Origin: Synergistales bacterium
Lineage (GTDB): Bacteria; Synergistota; Synergistia; Synergistales; JAFGMB01
DNA: 64,000 bases
Direction: 5' to 3'
Assembly (NCBI GenBank): GCA_963666205.1
Contig: OY762654.1
Span: 2,592,001-2,656,000 of the forward strand
Made by a program: the position numbers and the translations under genes. Below are positions 1-11,940 of the stretch, one piece after another. The notes beneath the pieces were generated by a model, which saw only the letters and a list, made by a program, of their open reading frames with translations, ran no database searches and was not told the DNA's origin. Numbering within the stretch: the stretch's first letter is position 1; each line of letters begins with the position of its first letter.

Positions 1-1
1 T

Positions 2-586
2 GAAGACAAGATAGGTTATGTACGACTCAGTCAGTTTAAAATGCAGACAGCAGAGGATGTCAAAACCGCTCTTAATGATCTTCAGAGCCAGGGAGCCAGG
101 GGTATCGTCCTTGATCTGAGGAATAATGGAGGAGGTTTACTTGACTCTGCCGTTGATATTTCCAGCCTTTTCCTGGATGGAGGACTTGTTGTGGGAATGA
201 AAGGAAGGGTACAGCGGGCTAATGATGAACTTTTTGCAAGGCCTGGACGGCTGTGCAAATTACCCATGGTTGTTCTTGTGAATGAAGGTAGTGCCAGTGC
301 ATCCGAAATTGTTGCAGGAGCTTTGAAGGACCGTCAGAGGGGAACCCTGGTAGGACAGAAAACCTTTGGTAAAGGGTCAGTGCAGACCCTGTTTAACCTT
401 CCGGACGGTTCTGGAATGTATGTAACGATTGCCCGTTACCATACTCCCTCCGGAAAAGTGATAGATCACGTAGGCCTTGATCCGGATATTGAAGTTGAAG
501 GAGAACTTATTAAGGATCACACAAAGGACGAACAGTTGAAAAAAGGCATCGAAGTTCTTAAAAAACAGCTGCCTCAAAATAGCTGA
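2..586 (+). CDS. ctpA: Carboxy-terminal processing protease, S41 family (5'-truncated by window edge)
   Basis: Frame open from base 2 (EDKIGYVRLSQF...); motifs DLRNNGGG, SASASEIVAGAL, TFGKGSVQ. Confidence 0.92.
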   Translation, partial: EDKIGYVRLSQFKMQTAEDVKTALNDLQSQGARGIVLDLRNNGGGLLDSAVDISSLFLDGGLVVGMKGRVQRANDELFARPGRLCKLPMVVLVNEGSASASEIVAGALKDRQRGTLVGQKTFGKGSVQTLFNLPDGSGMYVTIARYHTPSGKVIDHVGLDPDIEVEGELIKDHTKDEQLKKGIEVLKKQLPQNS

Positions 587-607
587 TACTGATTAACGCT
601 GTCTGAG

Positions 608-2894
<2,287 letters not shown>

Positions 2895-2908
2895 GATCAT
2901 ATAACAAT

Positions 2909-2946
2909 ACAGGACCGCCCCCTATGGGGTGGTCCTGTGGTTTTTT
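2909..2946. terminator. Intrinsic terminator hairpin between convergent purA and tRNA
   Basis: ACAGGACCGCCCC-CTAT-GGGGTGGTCCTGT followed by a T-run. Confidence 0.8.
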
Positions 2947-2948
2947 AA

Positions 2949-3023
2949 TGGTGGGCGACACAGGGTTCGAACCTGTGACCTCTTCCGTGTGAAGGAAGCG
3001 CTCTTCCACTGAGCTAGTCGCCC
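2949..3023 (-). tRNA. tRNA-Val (anticodon CAC), CCA encoded
   Basis: Reverse complement folds into a 75-nt cloverleaf: GGGCGAC/GTCGCCC acceptor, GCTC/GAGC D arm, CTTCC-TTCACAC-GGAAG anticodon arm, ACAGG-TTCGAAC-CCTGT T arm, ACCA end. Confidence 0.97.
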
Positions 3024-3036
3024 ATTGACTGCGGGT

Positions 3037-3065
3037 ATTATATCTGCAGCAGGAATTTAATGCAA
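3037..3065 (-). promoter_or_regulatory. Sigma70-type promoter of tRNA-Val
   Basis: TTGCAT-17 bp-TATAAT on the minus strand just upstream of the tRNA. Confidence 0.7.
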
Positions 3066-3250
3066 GTGTTAAAACTTTCAAAAAAGGTGTGATTTCATTC
3101 GATTCCCAGCCTTTTCCCTTCGGTAGATCCAGTAGGGAGTGTTATTTTATAGACTGATTTAAGAAGATGTGATAATAGGTATAGTTCATATAATTATCTT
3201 CACTTTTAATGTGTATGGTGTATAATGTGCGCGTATGAGGAGTGTTGTTT

Positions 3251-3703
3251 TTGTCTGATTATTCTGTTTTGACAACAGTCCCGGATTTCTGGACCTACTG
3301 GGGTTTTGAACCTTGGGAATACTCGGGTATGAAGGGCTTTTACAGAAAGGTGACTTTCGTTAAGGATAGTATCATGGGTGAGATTGCCCGATATTATGCC
3401 TATGATTATATTGTTCTTGTCCACAGGGGAAATATCGACGCAGACATTATCTACAGGAACTGGAAACCAGGTCCGGATGTAATGCTGCAGAGGTTTATAT
3501 TTGTAGAGGAAAGAGCTGTGGATAAAAAAAAGATAAAATCCTTTTACATGGGGTTCAGGGGATTCCTTGAAATATATCACTATTCTGCAAATACGAACTA
3601 TGATAAAAAAATAAAAGACCTTGCTCCATTGGTCGATAAAGCTTGGGAATTGATACAGAAACAGAAAACTGACCTATATGGAGGTGATTCCGGAAAAGAG
3701 TAG
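3251..3703 (+). CDS. Hypothetical protein (~150 aa, aromatic-rich, soluble)
   Basis: Open frame with GAGGAG before TTG 3251 and TATAAT at 3221-3226; no motif recognised. Confidence 0.7.
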   Translation: MSDYSVLTTVPDFWTYWGFEPWEYSGMKGFYRKVTFVKDSIMGEIARYYAYDYIVLVHRGNIDADIIYRNWKPGPDVMLQRFIFVEERAVDKKKIKSFYMGFRGFLEIYHYSANTNYDKKIKDLAPLVDKAWELIQKQKTDLYGGDSGKE

Positions 3704-3758
3704 CATTCGGAATTTTTTTTGTTATTAATTATTATTAATATCATTTGGAGGTGTAAGT

Positions 3759-5381
3759 ATGTTTGCTGCAATGTTTATCGGTGCCATAGTGGTTTTTGGC
3801 ATAGCGTACAAAGTTCATGGAACCTTCATGGAGAATGTGTATGGTCTGGATGATAGTAACAAGACTCCTGCTGAAACGATGTATGACGGCATAGACTATT
3901 GTCCCGCCCATCCGGCTGTCCTTGTAGGTCACCACTTTGCGTCCATAGCGGGCGCTGGTCCCATAGTAGGTCCTATAGTTGCCGCATCAATGTTCGGCTG
4001 GCTTCCCGCATACCTGTGGTGCCTGATAGGTTCCGCCTTCCTTGGCGGTCCCCACGATATGGGAGCCCTGGTTTCATCAATGAGGCACGATGGCAAGTCC
4101 ATCGGTGAGGTTGTAGACCGCTGGATCGGCAGGAGCGGCAAGGTACTCTTCCTCTGGTTCACCATTCTTGCCCTTATCCTCGTAGTGGCTGTTTTTCTTG
4201 TCCTTTCCGCCAATACCTTCGCAGCAGATCCCATTGTTGCCTTTGTTGGATGCCTTTACATAGCCATGGCAGTCATTTCCGGTCTTCTTATCTATAAGTG
4301 GCATACTCCTCTCTGGATCGTAACGGTAGTGATGCTTGCCATTGTTGGTTTTGCCACAGTCAAGGGTGCAGATTCCGCCTGGATCATGTCTACCTTCAAG
4401 GTTCCTGCGGGCAACTGGAACTGGATACTTGGTGTATATATCCTCCTTGCTTCAGTTCTTCCCGTATGGCTTCTTCTTCAGCCCAGAGATTACCTTGCTT
4501 CCTACTTCCTTTATTTTGCTGTTATCCTTGGAGCAATAGGTATGCTTTTCGGAAGTAAATTTGATTCCGGTCAGATCCCTGTATGGGGCGGCGGATTTGT
4601 CGTCAATGGACAGCCCATGTGGCCCATGCTCTTTGTCATCGTAGCCTGCGGAGCCATTTCTGGTTTCCATTCCCTTGTAGGTTCCGGAACGACAGCCAAG
4701 CAGATCGCCAAAGAAAAAGACGCCAAGATAGTAGGATATGGTTCCATGCTTATAGAGGGTATTGTAGCTACAATAGCCATAGGAACCGTAATGGTAACCG
4801 GATCGGTTCTCAAGGGTGGCCCGGTAGTAACCTTCTCAACCGGAATTGGCCAGTTTGCCAGTATTATAGGTATCGATCCCAAACTTGGAATGAGACTTGG
4901 AGCCATCGCGATAAACTCTTTCCTTCTTACATCTCTTGATACCGCGACCCGACTTACCCGTTATCAGATCCAGGAACTTTCAAACATGAAGATCAATAAG
5001 TATGTTGCAACCATTATTGCGGTCGGCGCGGCTATTGCCCTTGTCTATATGCCCGCTCATGATCCGGCAGGTAACGTTATTCCTGCATGGAAGGCTATAT
5101 GGCCCATCTTTGGAGCTGCAAATCAGATGGTAGCTGCTCTTGCCCTTCTTTCTATCGGCGTTTGGGTTATCAAGGGGCTCAAGAAGAGCGGGACTTTCCT
5201 TATCGCTCCTTTCTGGTTCATGATAGCCACAACAGCAGCCGCTCTTGTTCTCCTTATCAAGAATTCAATGGCTGGAGAGCACCCCAACTACCTGCTGGCT
5301 GGAGTAGCCTCGATCCTTATGGTTCTTGGTCTTATGCTTGCCGTTCAGGCATTCAGGGCTATCAAGGGAGAAAAAGCTTAA
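3759..5381 (+). CDS. cstA: Carbon starvation protein A family peptide/pyruvate transporter
   Basis: GHHFASIAGAGPIVGP, PVWLLLQPRDYL, ACGAISGFHSL, LDTATRLTRY; polytopic membrane protein. Confidence 0.95.
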   Translation: MFAAMFIGAIVVFGIAYKVHGTFMENVYGLDDSNKTPAETMYDGIDYCPAHPAVLVGHHFASIAGAGPIVGPIVAASMFGWLPAYLWCLIGSAFLGGPHDMGALVSSMRHDGKSIGEVVDRWIGRSGKVLFLWFTILALILVVAVFLVLSANTFAADPIVAFVGCLYIAMAVISGLLIYKWHTPLWIVTVVMLAIVGFATVKGADSAWIMSTFKVPAGNWNWILGVYILLASVLPVWLLLQPRDYLASYFLYFAVILGAIGMLFGSKFDSGQIPVWGGGFVVNGQPMWPMLFVIVACGAISGFHSLVGSGTTAKQIAKEKDAKIVGYGSMLIEGIVATIAIGTVMVTGSVLKGGPVVTFSTGIGQFASIIGIDPKLGMRLGAIAINSFLLTSLDTATRLTRYQIQELSNMKINKYVATIIAVGAAIALVYMPAHDPAGNVIPAWKAIWPIFGAANQMVAALALLSIGVWVIKGLKKSGTFLIAPFWFMIATTAAALVLLIKNSMAGEHPNYLLAGVASILMVLGLMLAVQAFRAIKGEKA

Positions 5382-5420
5382 TAAACAGATAATCAGAAGC
5401 ATTCTGGTTTATGATACTCC

Positions 5421-5451
5421 GAGGGGGACCGTATAACGGTCCCCCTTTTTT
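5421..5451 (+). terminator. Intrinsic terminator after cstA
   Basis: AGGGGGACCGT-ATA-ACGGTCCCCCT followed by a T-run. Confidence 0.85.
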
Positions 5452-5644
5452 ATTGGGAGATATAGATAAGATTTCCAGTCTATTTCATTGACCCTGTAAA
5501 TAATCTCTCCTTCAATGACCTGTACCGTTTTTCCCCTTTACCGTTCTGTAGTATACTTAAGCATAGTAATTAGACAAAGAGTCATTCTGATCTTTTTCTT
5601 TGCTCAAAACAGAGCCTGGCTAGTATGAAGGGGGGTCCTATCTA

Positions 5645-7372
5645 TTGGTTACTTACAGAGAGCATGGTGCATGTGACTTTTCTGTCGTCTTGTGCGGGGC
5701 TGCAGGACAGGGCATAAAGACTGTAGAAACACTTGTAGTTAAGGTAATGAAAAGAGCCGGATATAACGTATTTGCGAGCAGGGAATATATGTCTAGGGTA
5801 CGGGGAGGTAATAATTCTACGGAGATAAGGATCTCCTCCGTTAGAGTATCAGCATTTGTGGACAGAATAGATATGCTTCTTGCCCTCAACGGAGGAATAA
5901 GAAAAAATATAAGAGATAGAATATCTGATTCAACAGTTATTGTTGCTGACAGAGATGAACTTGGTGGAGAAGTCGATTCCCTTTCAGGACAATTTTATAA
6001 TGTAGACCTTATAAGACTTGCAAAAGAAGCGGGAGGGGCCGTTTATTCCAATGTGGTTGCAGCTGGCATAGTGTTCGGGCTCTGTAAAGTACCAATTCAG
6101 GAAGTAACACAGTTCTTTAACGCCTTTTTCATTTCCAAAGGAGAAGGGGTGGTTAAGAAGAATCTTGTTGCAATGGAAAAGGGGTTTCTGATCGGAGAGC
6201 GGATGGGATCTTCGGGTCTTATTCCCATTGATCTTGAACCTGATCCTGATGTAAAGGAAGAGCTCCTGATGGATGGAAGCGAAGCCGTATCCCTTGGTGC
6301 GATCGCTGGAGGATGTAATTTTATTGCCTCATACCCGATGTCACCTGCAACAGGGGTCCTTACTTTTTTATCTAAAAACGCAAAATCTTTTGGAATCGTG
6401 GCAGAACAGGTAGAGGATGAGATAGCTGCCATCAATATGGCAGTTGGAGCCGGATATGCAGGTGCAAGGGCTATGGTTTCCACCTCTGGCGGCGGATTTG
6501 CCCTGATGAGTGAGGGATTGAGCCTTGCGGGTATTATGGAAACACCTGTAGTGATCCACCTGGGACAGCGGCCTGGGCCAGCTACAGGTATGGCAACCAG
6601 GACAGAACAGGGAGACCTTGAACTTGCTCTTTACTCGGGACACGGAGAATTCCCCCGTATAATCCTGGCACCTGCAACGATAGAGGATGGGTTCTGGCTT
6701 ACCCAGAAAGCTTTTAATCTTGCAGATAAATTTCAGACCCAGGTCATAATACTTACAGATCAGTATTTCCTTAATTCCTTTTATAATATTCCCGCCATAG
6801 ACACAGAAAAGATCTTTATTGACAGATATATCGTAGAAGCAGATAAAAATTACAGACGATACATTATGTCAGAGAACGGAATATCCCCTCGCTCTGTTCC
6901 TGGTTATGGCAGAGGAATAGTCGGAGCAGATAGCCACGAGCACGACGAATGGGGACATGTCCAGGAAGATTTTGAACTCAGGGTCAGAATGGTTGATAAA
7001 CGGTTGAGGAAGATGAGAGAGATCGAAAAAGAAACTGTTGAGCCACTCTTTTTTGGATCGACGGATTTCACAAACCTGGTTCTTTCATGGGGATCTACAT
7101 ATCCTATGGTCATGGAAACAGCAAAACTGCTCCCATCTGCCGACACGGCCTTTCTTCATCTGAGACAGATATGGCCTCTTTCCGGGGAAGTGCGAGAGAT
7201 TCTTTCAAGGGCATTAAAGGTCATAGTTCTCGAGGGTAACGCTACCGGTCAGTTTTCTAAACTTATCAGAAGAGAAACTGGAATTGAGGCTGACCATCTG
7301 GTTCTTAATTACAGTGGATTGCAATTCTCTTCGGAAGATGTTTACAGATATCTTCACAAGATTCTGGATTAG
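5645..7372 (+). CDS. korA: 2-oxoacid:ferredoxin oxidoreductase alpha subunit (gamma-alpha fusion)
   Basis: [50 protein letters not shown]; substrate cannot be read from sequence. Confidence 0.9.
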   Translation: MVTYREHGACDFSVVLCGAAGQGIKTVETLVVKVMKRAGYNVFASREYMSRVRGGNNSTEIRISSVRVSAFVDRIDMLLALNGGIRKNIRDRISDSTVIVADRDELGGEVDSLSGQFYNVDLIRLAKEAGGAVYSNVVAAGIVFGLCKVPIQEVTQFFNAFFISKGEGVVKKNLVAMEKGFLIGERMGSSGLIPIDLEPDPDVKEELLMDGSEAVSLGAIAGGCNFIASYPMSPATGVLTFLSKNAKSFGIVAEQVEDEIAAINMAVGAGYAGARAMVSTSGGGFALMSEGLSLAGIMETPVVIHLGQRPGPATGMATRTEQGDLELALYSGHGEFPRIILAPATIEDGFWLTQKAFNLADKFQTQVIILTDQYFLNSFYNIPAIDTEKIFIDRYIVEADKNYRRYIMSENGISPRSVPGYGRGIVGADSHEHDEWGHVQEDFELRVRMVDKRLRKMREIEKETVEPLFFGSTDFTNLVLSWGSTYPMVMETAKLLPSADTAFLHLRQIWPLSGEVREILSRALKVIVLEGNATGQFSKLIRRETGIEADHLVLNYSGLQFSSEDVYRYLHKILD

Positions 7373-7383
7373 GAGGTGAAAAG

Positions 7384-8244
7384 ATGGATCCCAGTATTTT
7401 TGACCTTCAGAATATCGATATCCAGTGGTGTCCGGGTTGTGGCGATTTCAAGATATTGGATGCCTTAAAAGGAGCCCTGGCTGAGCTCGATTTTCCTCCG
7501 GAGGAAGTGGTAATCGTATCGGGAATTGGCCAGGCTGCTAAAATGCCCCATTTCATGAAATCCCATTTCTTCAATGGTCTTCATGGAAGAGCCCTGTCCA
7601 ATGCTACTGCCATAAAAGCCTCCAATCCCTTTCTTAAAGTAATAGCTATAGGAGGAGACGGGGATATGTACGGGGAAGGTGGTAACCATTTTATTAATAC
7701 CATAAGACGTAATACTGATATAACCAATATTGTCTGTAACAATATGGTCTATGGACTTACAAAAGGGCAGGCATCCCCTACCAGCCCGATAGGTTTCAGG
7801 ACTTCTGTTCAGGTCGATGGTGTGATCAACGAGCCCTTTAATCCTCTTTCCATAGCTATTGCCCAGAAAGCTTCATTTGTTGCAAGGGCTTTTGCCGGAG
7901 ACCTTGAGAAAACCAGGGAAATAATAAAAAAAGCGATCCTCCACAAGGGTTATTCTCTGGTTGATATTTTCCAGCCATGTGTTTCATTCAACAAGGTAAA
8001 TACTTATAAGTGGTTTATGGAGAATACATATTATCTTGATGACAATCATGATTCGGAAAACAGGGAAAAAGCGATACTTCTTGCATTGAAGGAGGACAAA
8101 TATCCTCTGGGTGTCATCTACGAAGAGAATCTCAGAAACTCTTTTGAAGAGAATCTGGGCATCTACGGGGAAGATAAGCGTCCTCTTTACAAAAAAGATT
8201 TTGATATGGATAAATTCAGAGAGTTACTTGATATGCAAAAATAA
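7384..8244 (+). CDS. korB: 2-oxoacid:ferredoxin oxidoreductase beta subunit (TPP-binding)
   Basis: WCPGCG, LHGRA, GGDGD...[23 protein letters not shown]. Confidence 0.9.
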   Translation: MDPSIFDLQNIDIQWCPGCGDFKILDALKGALAELDFPPEEVVIVSGIGQAAKMPHFMKSHFFNGLHGRALSNATAIKASNPFLKVIAIGGDGDMYGEGGNHFINTIRRNTDITNIVCNNMVYGLTKGQASPTSPIGFRTSVQVDGVINEPFNPLSIAIAQKASFVARAFAGDLEKTREIIKKAILHKGYSLVDIFQPCVSFNKVNTYKWFMENTYYLDDNHDSENREKAILLALKEDKYPLGVIYEENLRNSFEENLGIYGEDKRPLYKKDFDMDKFRELLDMQK

Positions 8245-8266
8245 GAGATTTTAAGGAGGCCGAAAA

Positions 8267-8857
8267 ATGGGAGAAATTATTGACCTGGGTTTTGAAGCGC
8301 TGGATTTCAGTCTGAAAGATCAGAATAATGAAGAAGTAAGACTATCTGATTTTAAGGGAAGGAATATTCTCCTCTCTTTTCACCCTCTGGCATGGACAAA
8401 AATATGTACTGAGCAGATGAACAGGCTGGATGTAAGGATGGACCTTTTCGAAAAACTCAATACCATTCCCTTTGGGTTGAGTGTAGATACAGTACCTTGC
8501 AAGAAAGCATGGGCAAAAGAAATAGGAATCGAAAAACTTCGTCTGCTTTCTGATTTCTGGCCCCATGGTGAAATTGCTGGTGCTTTTGGACTCTTCAGGG
8601 ATAAGGATGGCTTCTCCGAAAGAGCGAACATACTCCTTAATGAAAAACATGAGGTGATATTCACAAGGGTATATGATCTTGGAGAACAGCCCGATCTAAG
8701 GGAAATAGAGGAGTTCCTTATCGATTATGGTAATACTTCAATTGATCTGGAGGTAGAGATCAAAAAATGCCTTATCGACAATAAGGGTAAACTCCTGTGC
8801 ATGCAGGATCTTTCCGCTGTAGGGATCCATGCTACGCCAAAAGTAGATTTCGACTAG
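8267..8857 (+). CDS. Peroxiredoxin, AhpE-like, with ~45-aa C-terminal extension
   Basis: PLAWTKIC (PxxxTxxC), LLSDFWPHG, SERA motifs. Confidence 0.85.
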   Translation: MGEIIDLGFEALDFSLKDQNNEEVRLSDFKGRNILLSFHPLAWTKICTEQMNRLDVRMDLFEKLNTIPFGLSVDTVPCKKAWAKEIGIEKLRLLSDFWPHGEIAGAFGLFRDKDGFSERANILLNEKHEVIFTRVYDLGEQPDLREIEEFLIDYGNTSIDLEVEIKKCLIDNKGKLLCMQDLSAVGIHATPKVDFD

Positions 8858-8907
8858 AGAGTATATTTTCTTTAAACGCGATATATGGAAAACCGGAGGA
8901 ATCAACA

Positions 8908-9381
8908 ATGGATATTATCGGGAAGAAAGCACCTGTTTTCTGCCTTGAAGATCAGTACGGCAAAGAGGTCTGTCTGGAAGATATGAGGGGTAAAATGGTA
9001 GTTCTATTCGTATATGTAAAAGATTCTACCCCTGGGTGAACTAACGAGGCCAGAGATTTTCAGGACAGGTTGTCCTCTTTCAGAGAACTGGGAGCAGAAG
9101 TTATAGGAATAAGTCCGGATCCAGTAAAAAGCCACATCCGTTTTGCGGAAAAACTTTCTCTTGACTATAAGCTTCTCAGTGATCCGGGTCACAAGTTAAT
9201 AGAAGATTATGGGTTCTGGCAGTTAAAAAAAATGTATGGCAAGGAATATATGGGTGTAGTAAGATCTACTGTTCTCATAGATAAGGACGGTAATGTCGAA
9301 TACTTGTGGGATAAGGTTAAAGTTAAGGGGCATGCTGAGGAAGTTCTTACAAAGATACAGGAATATACCAATAAAATGTAA
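8908..9381 (+). CDS. bcp: Bcp/PrxQ peroxiredoxin, putative selenoprotein (TGA 9037-9039 = Sec44), 157 aa
   Basis: GGAGG then ATG 8908; ORF-track pieces 8797..9039 and 9070..9381 share one frame and read through as KDSTPG-U-TNEARDFQ...GISPD...LLSD...KKMYGKEYMGVVRSTVLID. Confidence 0.88.
9050..9091 (+). promoter_or_regulatory. Putative bacterial SECIS hairpin inside bcp
   Basis: Apical AGGACA-GGT-TGTCCT (9062-9076) on lower pairings TTTTC/GAGAA and CCAG/CTGG; first loop G 29 nt after the TGA; folded by eye. Confidence 0.6.
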
Positions 9382-9436
9382 TGAAACTTTAATGGCAAGG
9401 GGGGAGAAGCTGTTTCAGTGCGCTTTGTCCCCCTGG

Positions 9437-10195
9437 TCATTCCCATTCAAAGTCAAGTATCTTTTCCCATGTGAAATTAAGGATGGCTTCCTTTGATGGC
9501 ATCCGGCCTTCGGTCATTCTCTGGTAATCGTCACAGATATTTTCATACACAAGTCTGAGTTTGGGGTCGGCTTCGTTCACTATAACCATGCGGCTTATTT
9601 TGGTCAGCTGTTGATATATTTCCGGAACGGATACAAGGGCTGGACCGTCGGGTGTTATGGCTATGGTGTAGACAAATGAAAGTATATCATTACCCCTGTA
9701 GGAGCTTATACCTCTGTATTCAGGTGTAGTAGGTGAAACATACAGGATAATATCCTCGGGGACTTCGATATCAAGAGGCAGGTTGTTCCATCTGGTCTCT
9801 CCCTCCGGAGTCAAAATAATCCACCCGAGTTTAGCAGTTGAGAGTGTAGTAACCCACATGGTCAGCACATTACCTTTCAGAGGGTCTTCCAGTTCAATGT
9901 GCCAGACAAGATCATTGATGTTGTCACTGTCTGCATTAACCAGCGAGTAGGATGAATCCCGGTAGATTAGTCCTTCCATTTCGTAAAGTCGGTATAACTC
10001 TGTCGAGGTTCTGAAAAATGCTTTTCTGATTTCTCCAGCCTCATATTTATGCTGTTCAATGGAAATAAAAAAAGGTTGCTCGGGGACGGATAAAATCCTG
10101 TTGAAGGCCCATACCGGTGACATGGGATAAATGACAAAATGTAAGATGAAAAGAAATGATAGAAAAAACCGAATAAGGTATGGCAATGATTTCAC
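9437..10195 (-). CDS. Hypothetical exported protein
   Basis: 252-aa ORF directly after folK; hydrophobic N-terminus ending ...SPVWA resembles a signal peptide. Confidence 0.7.
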   Translation of the reverse strand: MKSLPYLIRFFLSFLFILHFVIYPMSPVWAFNRILSVPEQPFFISIEQHKYEAGEIRKAFFRTSTELYRLYEMEGLIYRDSSYSLVNADSDNINDLVWHIELEDPLKGNVLTMWVTTLSTAKLGWIILTPEGETRWNNLPLDIEVPEDIILYVSPTTPEYRGISSYRGNDILSFVYTIAITPDGPALVSVPEIYQQLTKISRMVIVNEADPKLRLVYENICDDYQRMTEGRMPSKEAILNFTWEKILDFEWE

Positions 10196-10199
10196 CTCG

Positions 10200-10691
10200 C
10201 TATAATTGGACGATGCGTACCATGGTCTGATCCATGTCTTGAAGTTTTTCTTTCAGATCTCTTATGGTTCTTCCTATTACAGGATGGACCCAGTCAGGAG
10301 TTAACTGTTCCAGGGGTATAAGAACAAAAGATCTTTTATGAAATTCAGGGTGGGGAATGGTAAGATCATTTTCATCGATTACGTAGTTATCGTAAAGGAG
10401 TATGTCCAGGTCAATTTCTCTGGGACCCCATTTCTCCCGGTGGATCCTTCCTATCTGTTTTTCAATGTCCTTGAGCTGGATAAGAAGAGACTGCGGAGAA
10501 AGTTGAGAATCAATTATGACGCAGGCGTTCAGAAATCGATTCTGGTCCTGTGGCCCTAGAGGATGGGTTTCAAAAATATCGCTTCTGCCGGTTATATCTA
10601 TTCCTTTGAGTTTTAGAAGACGCAGGGCTTTCCTTAAATTTCCGAGTCTATCTCCAAGGTTACTTCCCAATGCTATGGCTACTCTTGTCAA
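10200..10691 (-). CDS. folK: 6-hydroxymethyl-7,8-dihydropterin pyrophosphokinase
   Basis: ALGSNLGDR, FLNA, KWGPREIDLDILLY, LTIPHP, RSFVLIPL. Confidence 0.96.
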   Translation of the reverse strand: MTRVAIALGSNLGDRLGNLRKALRLLKLKGIDITGRSDIFETHPLGPQDQNRFLNACVIIDSQLSPQSLLIQLKDIEKQIGRIHREKWGPREIDLDILLYDNYVIDENDLTIPHPEFHKRSFVLIPLEQLTPDWVHPVIGRTIRDLKEKLQDMDQTMVRIVQL

Positions 10692-11902
10692 AGTTGGGCC
10701 TCCTTAACTGCATTAATAGTATTGATGACTCTAATGTTTTTCTCAATGTCATGTACTCTGATGATCTGAACATCCTGAAATGCACAAAGAGCAGATATGG
10801 CTAGAGTACCTTCGAGACGGTCTTCAGGGTCCGTCTGATGGTTAATCGTACCGAGGAAACTCTTTCTGGAATGGCCGATCATGATAGGAAAGCCCAACCC
10901 TTTTAGAGCTGTGAGATGCTTGAGTATAAGCAGATTATCACTCATTCTCTTTCCAAAGCCTATTCCCGGATCAAGGATAATACTGTTTGGATCTATTCCC
11001 GACCTGAGTGAAAAATCTATTCTTTCACGGAAATGATCTGTTAACTCACCAATGATGTCTTCATAGAATGGGTTGTCCTGCATATCTGCCGGAGTTCCCT
11101 TAACATGGTTGATGATTATGGCGGCTCCAGAAGTGGCTATAACTTCAGCCATTGCAGAATCATAGGTCATACCTGATATGTCATTAATTATATGCGCGCC
11201 CTCCAGAACAGCTTCTCTGGCTACCTCTGATTTGTAGGTATCTACTGAAAGGATGGTGTTGGGAAGACTTTCGCGCAATATCCTTATCGCCGGAATGATC
11301 CGTTCCATCTCCTTGTCCAGACTGATCTTTTCAGCGCCAGGCCTTGTCGATTCTGCACCGATGTCCAGTATTAAAGCACCATTGTTGACCAGGCCTATCG
11401 CCCTATTTCTTAGTTCTGTGTCTGAACCTATTCTGCTTGCTGGATAGAATGAATCTTCAGTTAAATTCATTATTCCCATTATGATGGTTTTGTTTCCCAG
11501 AGCAAGGGATTCCCTTCCTGGAAGGGGGATAGTCCATTTTTGTATGAAAAAGGAACTTAGAAAATCATCAAGCTGAGCCTTGACCATCTCCAGACCCCAA
11601 TAGGGCATTTGTTCAAGTTTTGCAGAGAGCAGACCATACTGTTTTTCTGTTCCAAGCAGTATAACATCAGTCTTGTCAATCTGCCGGTCAATAGAATTTT
11701 TATGAACTATAACATCGCCATCTCTTGAAAGCATTTCCTGTTTAAGGACATTTGCTGCTCGTGTGTCAACATCAGAAATGAACAGAGATAATATTTCCTT
11801 CTTGGAGTTAAAGAATGGAATGCTTCGCGGGTCGGCCCCGATTTTCATTACTGCCTGGGCCAGTTCCTGCGGAGTCGTGATTTTATATAGATATGAGGGC
11901 AT
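10688..11902 (-). CDS. folP: Dihydropteroate synthase with ~135-aa N-terminal extra domain
   Basis: MGIMNLTEDSFY, DIGAESTRPG, DPGIGFGK, GHSRKSF, IIRVHD; ATG 11902 preceded by GGAGGT. Confidence 0.95.
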   Translation of the reverse strand: MPSYLYKITTPQELAQAVMKIGADPRSIPFFNSKKEILSLFISDVDTRAANVLKQEMLSRDGDVIVHKNSIDRQIDKTDVILLGTEKQYGLLSAKLEQMPYWGLEMVKAQLDDFLSSFFIQKWTIPLPGRESLALGNKTIIMGIMNLTEDSFYPASRIGSDTELRNRAIGLVNNGALILDIGAESTRPGAEKISLDKEMERIIPAIRILRESLPNTILSVDTYKSEVAREAVLEGAHIINDISGMTYDSAMAEVIATSGAAIIINHVKGTPADMQDNPFYEDIIGELTDHFRERIDFSLRSGIDPNSIILDPGIGFGKRMSDNLLILKHLTALKGLGFPIMIGHSRKSFLGTINHQTDPEDRLEGTLAISALCAFQDVQIIRVHDIEKNIRVINTINAVKEAQL

Positions 11903-11940
11903 GAGAACTACCTCCGTGAAAAGGTTGTAGGACCAGAAGA

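Noticed and set aside
2949-3240. tRNA-Val as an island or prophage attachment site
   Set aside because: The tRNA 3' end abuts the purA terminator; no integrase or duplicated tRNA end was seen
8797-9381. ORF-track entries 8797..9039 and 9070..9381 as two genes or a pseudogene
   Set aside because: Same frame, a single TGA at the catalytic Cys position, an intact downstream half and a SECIS-like hairpin fit one selenoprotein starting at 8908
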